In this document: positions 1 to 10,341 of the stretch, in pieces
Numbering within the stretch: the stretch's first letter is position 1
How the letters are laid out: each line of letters starts with the position of its first letter
Origin: a virus
Virus record (IMG/VR): IMGVR_UViG_3300033141_003168
Location: 46,332-110,331 of that record
Direction: 5' to 3' (one strand)
DNA: 64,000 nucleotides
The notes under the pieces: model-generated
What the model saw: only the letters and a program-made list of their open reading frames with translations
Databases searched by the model: none
Told to the model about the DNA's origin: nothing
Translations under genes and position numbers: made by a program

Positions 1-8
1 GTATTCCT

Positions 9-1802
9 GTGAAAGAAATAGAAGCAGTGACGGAGTTAATACAGAGTGAGAAAGAAGACGAATCATCGGAGGAAATATTTTCAGTTATCGAGGACGCGGT
101 TCAGCAGTTTGAAGTGTTCAGGAAGTTTGAAAAGAAGTATCCGTTAGTAGTTCGTGCGGCTCTGAAATTAGAAGGTCAGGTTCGACATTTGGGCGTTCAT
201 CCGGCAGGGTACTTCATTACGAACAGTAAAATTTCTGAAATCACTCCTATCATAAAAACCGGCAATCGTTTTGTTACTGGTTACGAGGCGAGCGACCTTG
301 AGAAAATCGGACTTACAAAATTTGATTTTCTTGGGCTTCGTACACTGTCGGTCATAGAGCAGGCATCGAAAACAGCGAAGGTTAATATTGACGACATACC
401 TACCGACGACGAAAAAGTTTATTATTCATTTTCGCAAGGACACACACGAGGCATATTTCAGTTTGACGGCGGTGCAACGCGACTCCTGAAACAATGGCAC
501 TCACAAAGCATCCTCGACCTAACAATGGTCAACGCGGCGAACAGGCCAGGGCCGTTGCAGTCCGGTATGACAAGACGCATTATGGATGATAGAAATGAGC
601 GTCCTGTAGATCAACAGAATTCCGCGTTGGAAGAACTGTTGAAAGAAACTCATGGTGCTTTGATTTACCAAGAACAGGCTATGAAAATTTTACGCGAAGT
701 TGGTGGCTTATCGTTGCTTGATGTAGATAAAGTCCGCAAACTAATTGCAAAGTCAAAAGGTGTTGCTGAAATTGAAAAACATAGATTAAAGTTTGTTAAG
801 GGTGCGCGGAAGAATGGATTTACAAAAACTGACGCGAACGATATTTTTAGTTTTTTATCGGAATTTGGTGGGTATGGGTTCAATCGCAGTCACGCGGCTG
901 TTTACGCCTATCTCGCTTATCAGACAATGTGGTTAAAAGTTCATTACCCTGCGGCTTTTATTGCGGCTTATCTTTCAGTCCACACGGGTACGCAAGACAT
1001 TACGTTGTTGGTTTCGGAGGCGTTGCGATTAGGAGTTAAAATATTGCCGCCGTCGATTGAAAAGTCTGACGTAGGATTCAAGTCAGGTAAACGTGCGGTG
1101 CGCATTGGTTTGGGATCAGTACCATATATTGGCGTGGGTGCGGCGAAGGAGATTTTAAACAATCGGCCTTTTACTTCATACGGTGATTTTCTCAATCGTG
1201 TGAACTTGGGGAAACTTAATGCAAGGGCCGTTAAAATTTTAGCAGAGGTGGGAGCGTTTTCTTTTCCCGGTATTTCAAATCGTACCATTGCCGAAAAGCA
1301 CCAAGATATTATTGAAGTAAAGAAAGGGTTAGAACCTGACGCGAAAATTAAGATAAAGAATTTATCGGAGTATACGGAAGATGAATTTTTGCAACAACGC
1401 GGTGGTCGATTAGGATTGCCACTTGGTCTTTTGAAACTTTCAGAATTCAGAATGAAAATTCAGGCCGAAGGAGACAGGGCAGGGAAGTCGTCAAAGAAGT
1501 TTCGGCTTGTAACTGGTCTTGATGTTGACTTGCGCTCAGACGATCTTATCGTCGTTGCGATTAACTCGGTTCGAGAACACAAAACAAAGAATCGGGATTT
1601 AATGGCGTTCCTGTCAATCGCAGATGAGACAGGAGAGCGCGGTGTCATAGCGTGGCCCAGTACTTATGAAATGTGGAAACAAGATTTAAAGGTAGGGAAT
1701 ATAATTGCATTTCGCCCGAAAGTAAAAGACGGTGAATTATTTATGGAGGCGAATCGGAAGTTCAGATGTTTGCTCAGATCAAATACAGAAAAGGAGGATT
1801 AG
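9..1802 (+). CDS. dnaE: DNA polymerase III alpha subunit (family C), C-terminal part; the gene probably begins upstream of the window
   Basis: DnaE motifs GVHPAG, KFDFLGLRTL, GIFQF, RPGP, IYQEQ, YGFNRSHA, WLKVHYP, and a C-terminal OB fold (MAFLSIADETG). The frame is open to the window edge. Confidence 0.95.
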   Translation: MKEIEAVTELIQSEKEDESSEEIFSVIEDAVQQFEVFRKFEKKYPLVVRAALKLEGQVRHLGVHPAGYFITNSKISEITPIIKTGNRFVTGYEASDLEKIGLTKFDFLGLRTLSVIEQASKTAKVNIDDIPTDDEKVYYSFSQGHTRGIFQFDGGATRLLKQWHSQSILDLTMVNAANRPGPLQSGMTRRIMDDRNERPVDQQNSALEELLKETHGALIYQEQAMKILREVGGLSLLDVDKVRKLIAKSKGVAEIEKHRLKFVKGARKNGFTKTDANDIFSFLSEFGGYGFNRSHAAVYAYLAYQTMWLKVHYPAAFIAAYLSVHTGTQDITLLVSEALRLGVKILPPSIEKSDVGFKSGKRAVRIGLGSVPYIGVGAAKEILNNRPFTSYGDFLNRVNLGKLNARAVKILAEVGAFSFPGISNRTIAEKHQDIIEVKKGLEPDAKIKIKNLSEYTEDEFLQQRGGRLGLPLGLLKLSEFRMKIQAEGDRAGKSSKKFRLVTGLDVDLRSDDLIVVAINSVREHKTKNRDLMAFLSIADETGERGVIAWPSTYEMWKQDLKVGNIIAFRPKVKDGELFMEANRKFRCLLRSNTEKED

Positions 1803-1973
1803 TTATGATTTTAAAACTTTCATCGCAGTAACATTCGCGAGTATATTTTCATTGATTGCTATATATTTACCGCATCTTTATAATTTTGCCATTTTTTATC
1901 TTTTATTTATGATAATAATTTTGCAGTTAAGCCCGGACGAATAATGAAGTATTCTTAAAACAGAAAAGGAGAA

Positions 1974-2543
1974 ATGAACATGGGATTTGACTTAGGAGAT
2001 TTGAAACGACTTGGCAAGAAGGTTTTGAAGAAGGGTGGCGCACCGATATTAGGTACATTACTCGGTGGGCCTGCCGGTTCGATTGCGGGAGATATTCTTG
2101 GTAATTTGTTTGGCGGCGACAAAAGTGCAAAGGAAATTGAAAAACTAATTGACACCGATCCTGCCGCTTACGCAAAACTCAGAGAATATGAAATGAAACA
2201 CAAAGAGGCGTTACAGCAACTTGAGATTGAAGAAAAGAAAATGTATCTTGTCGATATTCAATCAGCGCGGACACGTGAAGTAGAATTTGTAAAAGTAACC
2301 GGAGGACGTGATTGGTTTCATACTATTGTCGGTTCACTTGTGGTTGCCGGATTTATGGCAACTGTGGTTATTTCTTTTAAGATTGTGCCGCCTGTGGGAT
2401 CGGAACGTCTCATTGGAATTTTAATAGGTACACTTGGGGCCGGATTCATTCAGGTGTTAAATTATCTTTATGGTTCTTCAAAAGGTAGTGCCGACAAGGC
2501 GAAAACACTTGAACGAATTGCCGCGAATGGCAGCGGAAAATAA
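1974..2543 (+). CDS. holin-like membrane protein (3TM holin type)
   Basis: APILGTLLGGPAG N-terminus, DIQSARTRE, two C-terminal hydrophobic helices ending YLYGSSKGS. Confidence 0.6.
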   Translation: MNMGFDLGDLKRLGKKVLKKGGAPILGTLLGGPAGSIAGDILGNLFGGDKSAKEIEKLIDTDPAAYAKLREYEMKHKEALQQLEIEEKKMYLVDIQSARTREVEFVKVTGGRDWFHTIVGSLVVAGFMATVVISFKIVPPVGSERLIGILIGTLGAGFIQVLNYLYGSSKGSADKAKTLERIAANGSGK

Positions 2544-2567
2544 ACTACTACGGAAACCGGATTAATT
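2543..2567. repeat. 25-bp dispersed palindrome, copy 1
   Basis: AACTACTACGG-AAA-CCGGATTAATT, directly after a stop codon. Confidence 0.95.
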
Positions 2568-2596
2568 AAATTTTGAAAAAAAGGGAAAATGTTAAA

Positions 2597-2950
2597 ATGC
2601 AAAAGGTAATAGCAATCATAGCGATCGGTGATAAAGAATACGAAGAGGAATTGACGGTTGAAAGTCTTGATTCGCCGGAAGATGCCGTTCGGAAAGTAAT
2701 AAAATTTTTTAATCAAGTCGAGAAAACAAGATATGGAAAAAAAGCACAATTGCGTCGTTTTGTCTGCATCAAAGATTTGGGCCGCGAATATGAAGATCAT
2801 GACTGGGATAAAGTTAATTTCGTTTCTCTGCCTGACGGTTCAGATAGATGGAAGTGTAAGAAATGCGGTCAGGTTATCAAACGGGTTTTAGGACAAGGAT
2901 TTGAACACGCTAAACCGTGTAAGCTAAAACAACCTGAGAAAAGAAAGTAA
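2597..2950 (+). CDS. hypothetical protein with C-terminal CxxC motif
   Basis: ORF abuts the next gene; WKCKKCG. Start set at the ATG of MQKVIA. Confidence 0.6.
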   Translation: MQKVIAIIAIGDKEYEEELTVESLDSPEDAVRKVIKFFNQVEKTRYGKKAQLRRFVCIKDLGREYEDHDWDKVNFVSLPDGSDRWKCKKCGQVIKRVLGQGFEHAKPCKLKQPEKRK

Positions 2951-3727
2951 ATGAGCGCAACAAAGAAATTGGATCAAGATGTACAAGATATTTTTTCAAA
3001 GTGTACTATTCAAGGTAACGTAGTGTTGTTGCCCGAAGGCCAACTTGAACGGGTGATATATGTGAAAGTTGATAAGGCGTTGAAAGCACTGGGTGGCAAG
3101 TGGAACCGCAAGTTAAAAGGTCATGTATTTTCACAAGGCGAAGACCTTCATGCGTTACTGGGGCAAGCAATCAAGTCGGGCGAAGTAATTGACAAAAAAC
3201 AACTGTTTCAGTTTTATGAAACGCCTCGATCACTCGCGGAACGTGTAGTCGAACTTGCAGAAATAGAGGAAGGAATGTTAGTACTCGAACCCTCTGCGGG
3301 TGGTGGTGTAATTGTCAACGCAGTATTAGCGAATACTGAGGCAAGGGATATTCTTGCGATTGAATTGAACAATTTTTGTTGTGATAACATGAGGAATTTG
3401 TTTCAATATGAAGGCTCCAGAGTGACTATCATTCAAAATGATTTTCTTGAAACTAATCCGAAGCCTATTTTCGACAGAGTTGTTATGAATCCTCCGTTTA
3501 CGAAAGGTCAGTGTGTAAAACACATCCTTCATGCACTGAAATGCTTGAAGTCCGGAGGCAGACTTGTTTCGATTGCGAGTCCGGGAATAATGTTTCGGGA
3601 ACAAAAACTGTATAAAGAAGTCAGGGCATGGATAAAGCGGGCGGGATTTTATGAAGAGAATCCCAAAAATTCATTCAAACAGTCGGGCACGGCAGTAAAC
3701 ACGATCACAATAGTAGTTGAACGATAA
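2951..3727 (+). CDS. amino (N6-adenine) DNA methyltransferase
   Basis: QFYETP, VLEPSAGGG (SAM-binding motif I), VVMNPPF (catalytic motif IV). Confidence 0.9.
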   Translation: MSATKKLDQDVQDIFSKCTIQGNVVLLPEGQLERVIYVKVDKALKALGGKWNRKLKGHVFSQGEDLHALLGQAIKSGEVIDKKQLFQFYETPRSLAERVVELAEIEEGMLVLEPSAGGGVIVNAVLANTEARDILAIELNNFCCDNMRNLFQYEGSRVTIIQNDFLETNPKPIFDRVVMNPPFTKGQCVKHILHALKCLKSGGRLVSIASPGIMFREQKLYKEVRAWIKRAGFYEENPKNSFKQSGTAVNTITIVVER

Positions 3728-3741
3728 TAATCGGAGGCAAT

Positions 3742-4863
3742 ATGGCGAAGAAAAAATCTGTCAAGAAAAAGAAGAAGGCCAAAAAAGAAGTTGTTCTTAC
3801 GGAACGAGAACAAGGCTTAGTCGAACGCGTCTTCGAACTCAACAAAACTTACGGCAAAGAAGAGGCATTTATTTTGCCGGGATCAGATGTGGTGTTCGGA
3901 AGTGTAAGGATGCAACCCACGGGCATACCGGCACTTGATAGAATGTTAGGTGGTGGATTTCCCGAAGGAAAAAACATTGAAGTATTCGGGCCAGAGGGTG
4001 GTGGGAAAACGACTCTTGTTCTAAATTATGTAGGTGAGAGGATGAAGGAAGACAAGATGTGCGTTTGGTTCGATGCGGAAGATTCCCTTGAAGTCCAGTG
4101 GGCAAAAAAGTTCGGGATTAGGGTTCAGAAACAACGCAAAGGTGAATCATTAAAAGATGCGTTAATTCGCGCAATCACTACGAGGTCATTGCTATTATGT
4201 AAACCTCAAGTTGGGGAACACGCCCTTGATGCAATGAAAGCGTTCTGCGGCTTTGTTGATGTGATGGTTGTTGATTCTGTTCCGGCATTGCAACCTATTG
4301 CAATGTTGGAAGCATCGAATCTTGACAATTTCATGGGACTAAAGGCGAGAATGATTTCACAAGGGATCGACAACATTGTTTCTGTGAATAAGAAGAAAGA
4401 CCCTTCAACGATAATTTGGATCAATCAGTTAACTACAAATATTGGTGGGTATGGTAATCCTGAAATAACGCCGGGAGGAAAACGCCTCAAGTTTTATGCG
4501 AGACTAAGACTTGGAGTGCGGCAAATTGCGTTTGAGAAACTCGACAAAAAAAATCCTCGTCCCGGTCAAAGAATTGCTTGTTATGCAAAAAAGAATTCCT
4601 ATTACCCGCCACACCGTAAGGCACAGTTCAACCTTATGTATAAGGGTCACTTTGATATTAAAGGTCAAATTATTGATCTTGCAAAGGAGTATGAGATCAT
4701 AGAACGCAAGGGATCATATCTTCACTACAGAGGAGAGAAACGGCAAGGCGATACTAATTTCAAAAAATTTCTTATCAGGAATCCCGACGTATATGCCGAA
4801 CTTTTAGAACTTGTTGTTGAAAATATTAACGAGGAGATTGCAGATACGAAGGGAATATTTTAA
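3742..4863 (+). CDS. recA: RecA/UvsX-family recombinase
   Basis: PTGIPALDRMLGGG, Walker A GPEGGGKTT, DAE, VVDSV, INQ, TPGGKRLKFYA. Confidence 0.95.
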   Translation: MAKKKSVKKKKKAKKEVVLTEREQGLVERVFELNKTYGKEEAFILPGSDVVFGSVRMQPTGIPALDRMLGGGFPEGKNIEVFGPEGGGKTTLVLNYVGERMKEDKMCVWFDAEDSLEVQWAKKFGIRVQKQRKGESLKDALIRAITTRSLLLCKPQVGEHALDAMKAFCGFVDVMVVDSVPALQPIAMLEASNLDNFMGLKARMISQGIDNIVSVNKKKDPSTIIWINQLTTNIGGYGNPEITPGGKRLKFYARLRLGVRQIAFEKLDKKNPRPGQRIACYAKKNSYYPPHRKAQFNLMYKGHFDIKGQIIDLAKEYEIIERKGSYLHYRGEKRQGDTNFKKFLIRNPDVYAELLELVVENINEEIADTKGIF

Positions 4864-4886
4864 TTACTACGGAAACCGCAGTAGTT
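4862..4886. repeat. 25-bp dispersed palindrome, copy 2
   Basis: AATTACTACGG-AAA-CCGCAGTAGTT, overlapping the recA stop codon. Confidence 0.95.
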
Positions 4887-4902
4887 TATTTGAGGAGCAG
4901 TC

Positions 4903-5283
4903 ATGGCGAAAGGTTTTGATTGGTTAAAAAATTCAAGAAAGAAAAGGTCAATGTCATACCATAAGGGCAAAGAGGATGAGAAGGAAGGCGCGAAAAAATT
5001 AGGCATGTTTAAGACGAAAGGATCAGGCAATACAGGTGTTAGAAAAAATGATCTTTACGACGCGGTGTTCTGCGGCGAGTTAAAATGTACTGACGGGAAA
5101 CAGTACACGTTACATCTTTCCGATTTGGTTAAACTTATTCAGTACGCGCATATCGCGAGTTCGATTCCTTATTTCAGGATAACATTTCGCAAGCCCAAAA
5201 AACGATCTTTTGTAATTATGAGGGAAGACGATTTTATTACACTCAAGGAGTTAGCAAATGGCAAAGAGTTCAGCAATGAGTAA
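4903..5283 (+). CDS. PD-(D/E)xK Holliday-junction-resolvase-like nuclease
   Basis: GSG..K.D..ELK pattern (KGSGNTGVRKNDL...GELKCT). Confidence 0.6.
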   Translation: MAKGFDWLKNSRKKRSMSYHKGKEDEKEGAKKLGMFKTKGSGNTGVRKNDLYDAVFCGELKCTDGKQYTLHLSDLVKLIQYAHIASSIPYFRITFRKPKKRSFVIMREDDFITLKELANGKEFSNE

Positions 5284-6166
5284 ATTGATAAGGGCGAGTG
5301 AAATCGATCCCTTATCAGCATTACAACTTGACATAGTACAGAGTAAACAAGAATCGGTTCATGGGACGGATGGTTTTTTTCATCCTTCCTCAATTTCAAA
5401 GTTCTGCAAACGATCACTTGTATTGCCATACCTGACAGACGACGACGGCAATAAGGTGGCAGAAAAAATCATCACGCCTGACGCGAGGCTCGAAGAGGTT
5501 TTTGAAGTTGGTACGTTCGGTCACATAAGAAAACAACTTCGACTTGTTCATGCAAACCTCTGTCTTCAATGGAAGCCGTTGTCAAAAAGAGAAGAGGCGT
5601 ACAAGAAAGAATTATATGATGAGTATTGGTATGAACCTGCGTCGGTAATGACAGAATTATGGAACTTCGCGAAGGAATATTATTGCATCGAAGTATCCAT
5701 GAAAGATGTTGCGGAAAACGTGAAGGGCCATTGCGATAGTATTATTTTATTCAAAGGCGGCTTTTGGTTTTGGGAATTCAAGACTTGGAATTCTTTTGCT
5801 TGGGCCAAATTGAATTGTGCGGAACTGCCGCATAGGATTCAGGCGATAACTTATATGAGGTACATAAAAAAGAAATATGGGAAGAAAACTTTTTACGGGC
5901 CTGACGGTGAAAAATACACCATGAAGGACGTGAAGGGTTGTAGATTTTGGTATGAGAACAAAGACACACAGATCACAAAGCAGTACACGATTGCGTCTGA
6001 TAAAGAATTAGAAAGGCGGGTAGTGAAAATGTTAGCGTCGGCGCATAAGTTTTTGAAGGCAAACAAATTACCGAAACGTGTGTATCATAATAAAGGATCA
6101 AAGCCTTGTCGCTGGTGTGATTGGTCACATTTTTGTTTCGGTAAAGGGGGCAAGAAATATGTCTGA
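5258..6166 (+). CDS. Cas4-like PD-(D/E)xK exonuclease
   Basis: HPSSISKFC, GTFGH, GHCD..WEFKT, QxxxY, and C-terminal CRWCDWSHFC (1+3 Cys pattern of Fe-S ligands). Confidence 0.8.
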   Translation: MAKSSAMSKLIRASEIDPLSALQLDIVQSKQESVHGTDGFFHPSSISKFCKRSLVLPYLTDDDGNKVAEKIITPDARLEEVFEVGTFGHIRKQLRLVHANLCLQWKPLSKREEAYKKELYDEYWYEPASVMTELWNFAKEYYCIEVSMKDVAENVKGHCDSIILFKGGFWFWEFKTWNSFAWAKLNCAELPHRIQAITYMRYIKKKYGKKTFYGPDGEKYTMKDVKGCRFWYENKDTQITKQYTIASDKELERRVVKMLASAHKFLKANKLPKRVYHNKGSKPCRWCDWSHFCFGKGGKKYV

Positions 6167-6659
6167 TAAATACCAACCTTACAGAGACTATGCGGTAGGC
6201 GATAAGGTAAGAATTACTTCGGGGAGAATTGTTGATACAATTTCGCGGGCTTATGTTTTTGAAGACGACAAAACCGCAACGTGGTTTGATAAAGATAAAG
6301 AATTAATTCTTAAAGGATTTAAAAAGCCACCGCGCCTAAAACGTGTTCACGTGGATGAAAATCTCAATCAGATTCCACAAAAACTTGTTGCAAGATACCG
6401 CAGACCGTTTTTTATTACTTGGCACGAATCGAATCAAGCGATATATGTGGGATACGCAGTTAGACATTTGGGTGAAGTGGTTTACTGTGAGTATAATTAC
6501 GGATATGAGTACAACAATGAAATCGAAAAAGGTGGCTATCTGAAGGAGCGACGAGTTATATTTCTTGCGAGGCTTCGGTTTTGTGAAAACGGTGAAGAAC
6601 ATCTTACATTTTTTGACGAGATACAAAAGGTCGCAGATACGGTAGAGGAGGTACAATGA
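6159..6659 (+). CDS. hypothetical protein
   Basis: ORF overlaps both neighbours; start at MSDKY. Confidence 0.6.
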   Translation: MSDKYQPYRDYAVGDKVRITSGRIVDTISRAYVFEDDKTATWFDKDKELILKGFKKPPRLKRVHVDENLNQIPQKLVARYRRPFFITWHESNQAIYVGYAVRHLGEVVYCEYNYGYEYNNEIEKGGYLKERRVIFLARLRFCENGEEHLTFFDEIQKVADTVEEVQ

Positions 6660-7258
6660 AGATTAAACGTAGTTTAGAAAAACAAAGGACGGGTCGCAAA
6701 AAGTCCACGGCAAGGAAGGCTTCAAAGATTACTCAGTTTTCGGAACTCGATTTGCAAATGCCTAAGAAAAAAGCGGAATGGAAAATACAAGACTTCGATG
6801 GACTCGCAGAAGGCATGAAGGTCGCGGAAAGAATTGGATTGCCGACGCCGAAGTCGCCAACGGTTGAGGAGATCGACTGGCCGGGAGATGCACTTCCCGA
6901 CGTATCTTATAAAGTGTTATCACAACTATTGGGGCAACTTGGTGAATTATCAGCTTATGCCTCATGGTTACTCTTTGTTTCGGAGGCCGAAAGGGAAGCG
7001 TGGGAGGCGAAATATGTATATGCGTTAGAGCAACGTGTTTTGAAACACGAAAACGCAGGCTATCAACAACGCAATCATGAACTTCGCGAAGCACTTGCAG
7101 ACGGGGAACAAGATGTGAAATACAGGTTGAAAAGATTTTTAAGAGCATCGGCACTTGTGAAAATCATAGGTGGTTTAGTAGCGACGTATGACAATTACTA
7201 CACGAAGTTGAGTCGGGAGTTAACAATGAGGGAGGCGGGGTGGCGAAAAACTCGTTAA
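6656..7258 (+). CDS. hypothetical helical protein (possible recombination mediator)
   Basis: Coiled-coil-like C-terminus ending LSRELTMR, within the recombination cluster; function inferred only. Confidence 0.45.
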   Translation: MKIKRSLEKQRTGRKKSTARKASKITQFSELDLQMPKKKAEWKIQDFDGLAEGMKVAERIGLPTPKSPTVEEIDWPGDALPDVSYKVLSQLLGQLGELSAYASWLLFVSEAEREAWEAKYVYALEQRVLKHENAGYQQRNHELREALADGEQDVKYRLKRFLRASALVKIIGGLVATYDNYYTKLSRELTMREAGWRKTR

Positions 7259-7275
7259 CGCGGAAAGGATAACAG

Positions 7276-7884
7276 ATGTCTGAGAAAAACACGCTAAAAG
7301 TTATATCGGTTGGTTTTGATCCCGGTTTTGGCAAAGGCGGGTATGCAATTACTTACGGCGAAAAAGCACCGGGTAAACCGTGGAAGGCGCGAGTAATAGA
7401 ATTTAATTATTTTAAGACCGATATTTCTAAGGCAAAGGGAAAAGGTCTTATTCGCGTTTCAAGCGACGATCAGCGCAGGCTTGATGAAATATTAAAAGTA
7501 ATCCTTTACGTTGCGGACAGGGCGACTGAGGCGCGGGAGAATGCAGGTGCGCAAGTAGTCATTGCCGGGATGGAATGGTTCACACCTTTTAAGTCAGGTG
7601 GCAGAGGGTGGACGGCTGTACTCACGGTGGGAATGGTTTATGGATTATTCAGAACCCGCGCGGATCAATTTTACGTTCATCTTAATACAGACATTAAAAA
7701 AGATTTCGCCGGAAAAGCAAAGGCTTCAAAAGAAGAAGTGATACAACTGGTTCAAGAGAAGTTCGGAATCGACGAGTTTGAAGGTGCAAAAGAACTACGG
7801 GAGCATCAGGCAGATGCAATCGCAGTAACGATTTTGAATCTGTACGAGTACGACAAAATAATGAATCCTTTAGGGAGGGTATAG
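7276..7884 (+). CDS. ruvC: RuvC-like Holliday junction resolvase
   Basis: GFDPG (catalytic Asp), GMEW, GKAKASKEEV, HQADAIA. Confidence 0.85.
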   Translation: MSEKNTLKVISVGFDPGFGKGGYAITYGEKAPGKPWKARVIEFNYFKTDISKAKGKGLIRVSSDDQRRLDEILKVILYVADRATEARENAGAQVVIAGMEWFTPFKSGGRGWTAVLTVGMVYGLFRTRADQFYVHLNTDIKKDFAGKAKASKEEVIQLVQEKFGIDEFEGAKELREHQADAIAVTILNLYEYDKIMNPLGRV

Positions 7885-7885
7885 A

Positions 7886-8497
7886 ATGGAAGAAATCAAA
7901 CGTGTAAAAGACCCGGCAAAATTATTGATTAAAACTGGTTTGTTGTTTGAAATCAACAGGCGAGTGTTACACCCGTTCGGACTTGCAATGGAAGTGATAG
8001 TGGTTGACAAGGCCGAAGAGTTCAAAGAAGAACTTGCAGACATTGAGGCGCAGATTGCGTATTGTAAAATGGTGTCCGATACCGCGATCTTAAAACAAAT
8101 GGTGGACAGGCATCGTGCTATGAATAAAATGCTTTTGGAATTTCTCGAACTCAAAAAGCAGTCGTGGTGCGGACGCATCGGTGGGATATGGGATTATCGC
8201 GACGATCCCGAAGGCATGTTGTTTCAAGAAGAGACGTTTCAAACGGGTGTCGAAAAGTTTGATAAATTCCTAAAGGGATTCGGAAACAAAAAAATCCAAC
8301 AACGAAAAAAAGTTTTAGGTTTTGTCCTGCAAGGAGAAGAAAATACTAAGTTGTACCGCTACCCATGCAAAAATCGAGAACAAGATCATTTTCGTAAGTG
8401 CGAAGGTTGTGGTGATGAAGCGACTAAAGAAGATTGCGACGGAGTATCATTATGTCAGGAATGTTATGATGAAATGAAGAATTTTTTTAATCTGTAG
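7886..8497 (+). CDS. hypothetical protein with C-terminal Zn ribbon
   Basis: CEGC...CQEC at the C-terminus. Confidence 0.65.
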   Translation: MEEIKRVKDPAKLLIKTGLLFEINRRVLHPFGLAMEVIVVDKAEEFKEELADIEAQIAYCKMVSDTAILKQMVDRHRAMNKMLLEFLELKKQSWCGRIGGIWDYRDDPEGMLFQEETFQTGVEKFDKFLKGFGNKKIQQRKKVLGFVLQGEENTKLYRYPCKNREQDHFRKCEGCGDEATKEDCDGVSLCQECYDEMKNFFNL

Positions 8498-8519
8498 CTG
8501 ATTGAAAAGAGGTTGACAA

Positions 8520-10076
8520 GTGGCAAAGAAAAAACGCAATGAACAGGGTGAGTTCAGTTTCAAAGTTTCAAAGCACGATGTACAATTGATAAAGAAGCTC
8601 TACAAGAAACCTTTGAAGGAGCAAAATGCGGGTGCGTGGATCGAGGTTAACAAAGGTCGTGTCTATTTATATCTTTGCACCTCGGCACGTCGGCGCACAC
8701 AACGGCGTATAAGGTTAACGTGTAAAGCGAAAGGTCAGGGCATGGCGCACATACCACACGATTTACCTTCCCGTTTAGAAAGTTGCAAAGTTTCATTGAG
8801 TGGTGGCAAATTAAAACTTGGTCTCGATGAATTCAAACAGGCTGCGGCAATCAAGGAAGAACTTGAGGTGGTGAACATTTCAAACGAAACATTAGTTTAC
8901 AAAGGCAAGTTAGGCGAGTTGCGCGAAGCAATTCAGTATGCGACTTCGTTTCTATACGAAGATGACGGTACGGCAAAGAGTGATTGGTACGGCAATAGCC
9001 CAAATCTTAAAGAAGCTTTACCAAGGGCGATACAGTTTTACGATGATAAATGTTATTGTTTAAATAGTTACTACATGGTCGTTTATAAAGTGTGCGGAAT
9101 AAAGAAATCGTTTACACTGAATAACGCCGCGCATAAAGATTTTCTCGCGACGACTAAATCATTGAAAGCACATTTATCCGATAATACTATAGTGAAGATA
9201 TTTCTTACAGACGACAATGGCAAAGGGCAGGGCGGTACGCCACCTTCAAACGCTTTGATTTCGCAACCATACGTTCTGCGGATCGGCAAACACTATCAAT
9301 ATTATTATGAAACATTTAAACTCAAACCGGACTGGTACAGCCGGAATTTTGAAAGGATTATGGGGACGCAAACAAGATATATATGGAGTGCGGAGTTTTC
9401 TCCGAACAAGATTCTCGAACCGATAGAAAAGTTTAAAAAGGAAATAGTGGAAGCATTAATGATTGCTGATTCGGAATTAAAAAGTGCGAGCGCAAGGAAA
9501 ATTTTTGAAAGCGAATTTCCTTTCATAAAATTTGGGATTCATTGCCACGACATTTTGGAAATAAAAGTTGAAGCACAATCAAAATTTTCAGAATTGTCGA
9601 ATTCATTTTGCGAAAAAAGATGGAGAATTAAAGGCAAAAATAGTCTTGTCGCTTCCGGACTTGAGAAATTTTTGTATCCTTTTGAATTCACTTTGAATCG
9701 AGGCTACGTTAACAAAGTGTTTTCACATCGTAAAATTCAGAACGGCAAGTTCCGTTTATATTATCTTGGCCCATTTCAACCAGTGGTTTTTAAATGTGAC
9801 GGATTAAAAGGTGGGATTATGATAGTGGGGACGGGATTAGAGAGTCGGTTTGATAAAAGGTTTATGGAACATGGATACGCGGGGCCGTTCAGATTGGGCG
9901 AAAATGTAATTGGGATGAATCTTAAAGGGGCGACAATAGAAGGTAAAGTTATTGAATTAGGACAATTACTAACGGTTCAAGATGACGATTGCGAAAGGCG
10001 TTTTGCGATGTTTGGTTCGGCAGTTTCGCAAGAACCTAAGTACCCGGCAAACTTCAGGTGGAGAAATGAAGGTTAA
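8520..10076 (+). CDS. hypothetical protein (possibly a divergent sliding-clamp-like fold)
   Basis: 518-aa ORF; LGPFQPVVF..GIMIV loosely recalls the DnaN C-terminus. Confidence 0.4.
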   Translation: MAKKKRNEQGEFSFKVSKHDVQLIKKLYKKPLKEQNAGAWIEVNKGRVYLYLCTSARRRTQRRIRLTCKAKGQGMAHIPHDLPSRLESCKVSLSGGKLKLGLDEFKQAAAIKEELEVVNISNETLVYKGKLGELREAIQYATSFLYEDDGTAKSDWYGNSPNLKEALPRAIQFYDDKCYCLNSYYMVVYKVCGIKKSFTLNNAAHKDFLATTKSLKAHLSDNTIVKIFLTDDNGKGQGGTPPSNALISQPYVLRIGKHYQYYYETFKLKPDWYSRNFERIMGTQTRYIWSAEFSPNKILEPIEKFKKEIVEALMIADSELKSASARKIFESEFPFIKFGIHCHDILEIKVEAQSKFSELSNSFCEKRWRIKGKNSLVASGLEKFLYPFEFTLNRGYVNKVFSHRKIQNGKFRLYYLGPFQPVVFKCDGLKGGIMIVGTGLESRFDKRFMEHGYAGPFRLGENVIGMNLKGATIEGKVIELGQLLTVQDDDCERRFAMFGSAVSQEPKYPANFRWRNEG

Positions 10077-10335
10077 CTTCGAGGTAATAGAGTCGGATTT
10101 ATGCGCATATAAAGTACAGGCGATCTTTTGTGGGGTCGTAGTGATCTTTAAGTTTAATCAAGCTAAACCCCAGGTGTTCGAATCTTGCGTTTGCGATACT
10201 AATGGGATTGACCTTGGACCGAAAATTCACAAGGATAATGAATTTAAAAATTTCGTAGATGCAGTAATAGATCGGTTTTTTCACGAGGTAGCCGAACCAA
10301 GACAGAAACGAATCTTCAGTTTTAAAATAAACTAA
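10066..10335 (+). CDS. hypothetical protein
   Basis: GGAG RBS before MKVNFE; overlaps the upstream stop. Confidence 0.55.
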   Translation: MKVNFEVIESDLCAYKVQAIFCGVVVIFKFNQAKPQVFESCVCDTNGIDLGPKIHKDNEFKNFVDAVIDRFFHEVAEPRQKRIFSFKIN

Positions 10336-10341
10336 AAGGGA

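Noticed and set aside
5258-6166. Cas4 as evidence of a CRISPR-Cas locus
   Set aside because: No cas1/cas2 or array. It sits in a RecA/RuvC recombination cluster, typical of phage Cas4-like exonucleases.
8520-10076. Firm call as the DNA polymerase sliding clamp (dnaN)
   Set aside because: Only a loose C-terminal resemblance; needs a profile or structure search.
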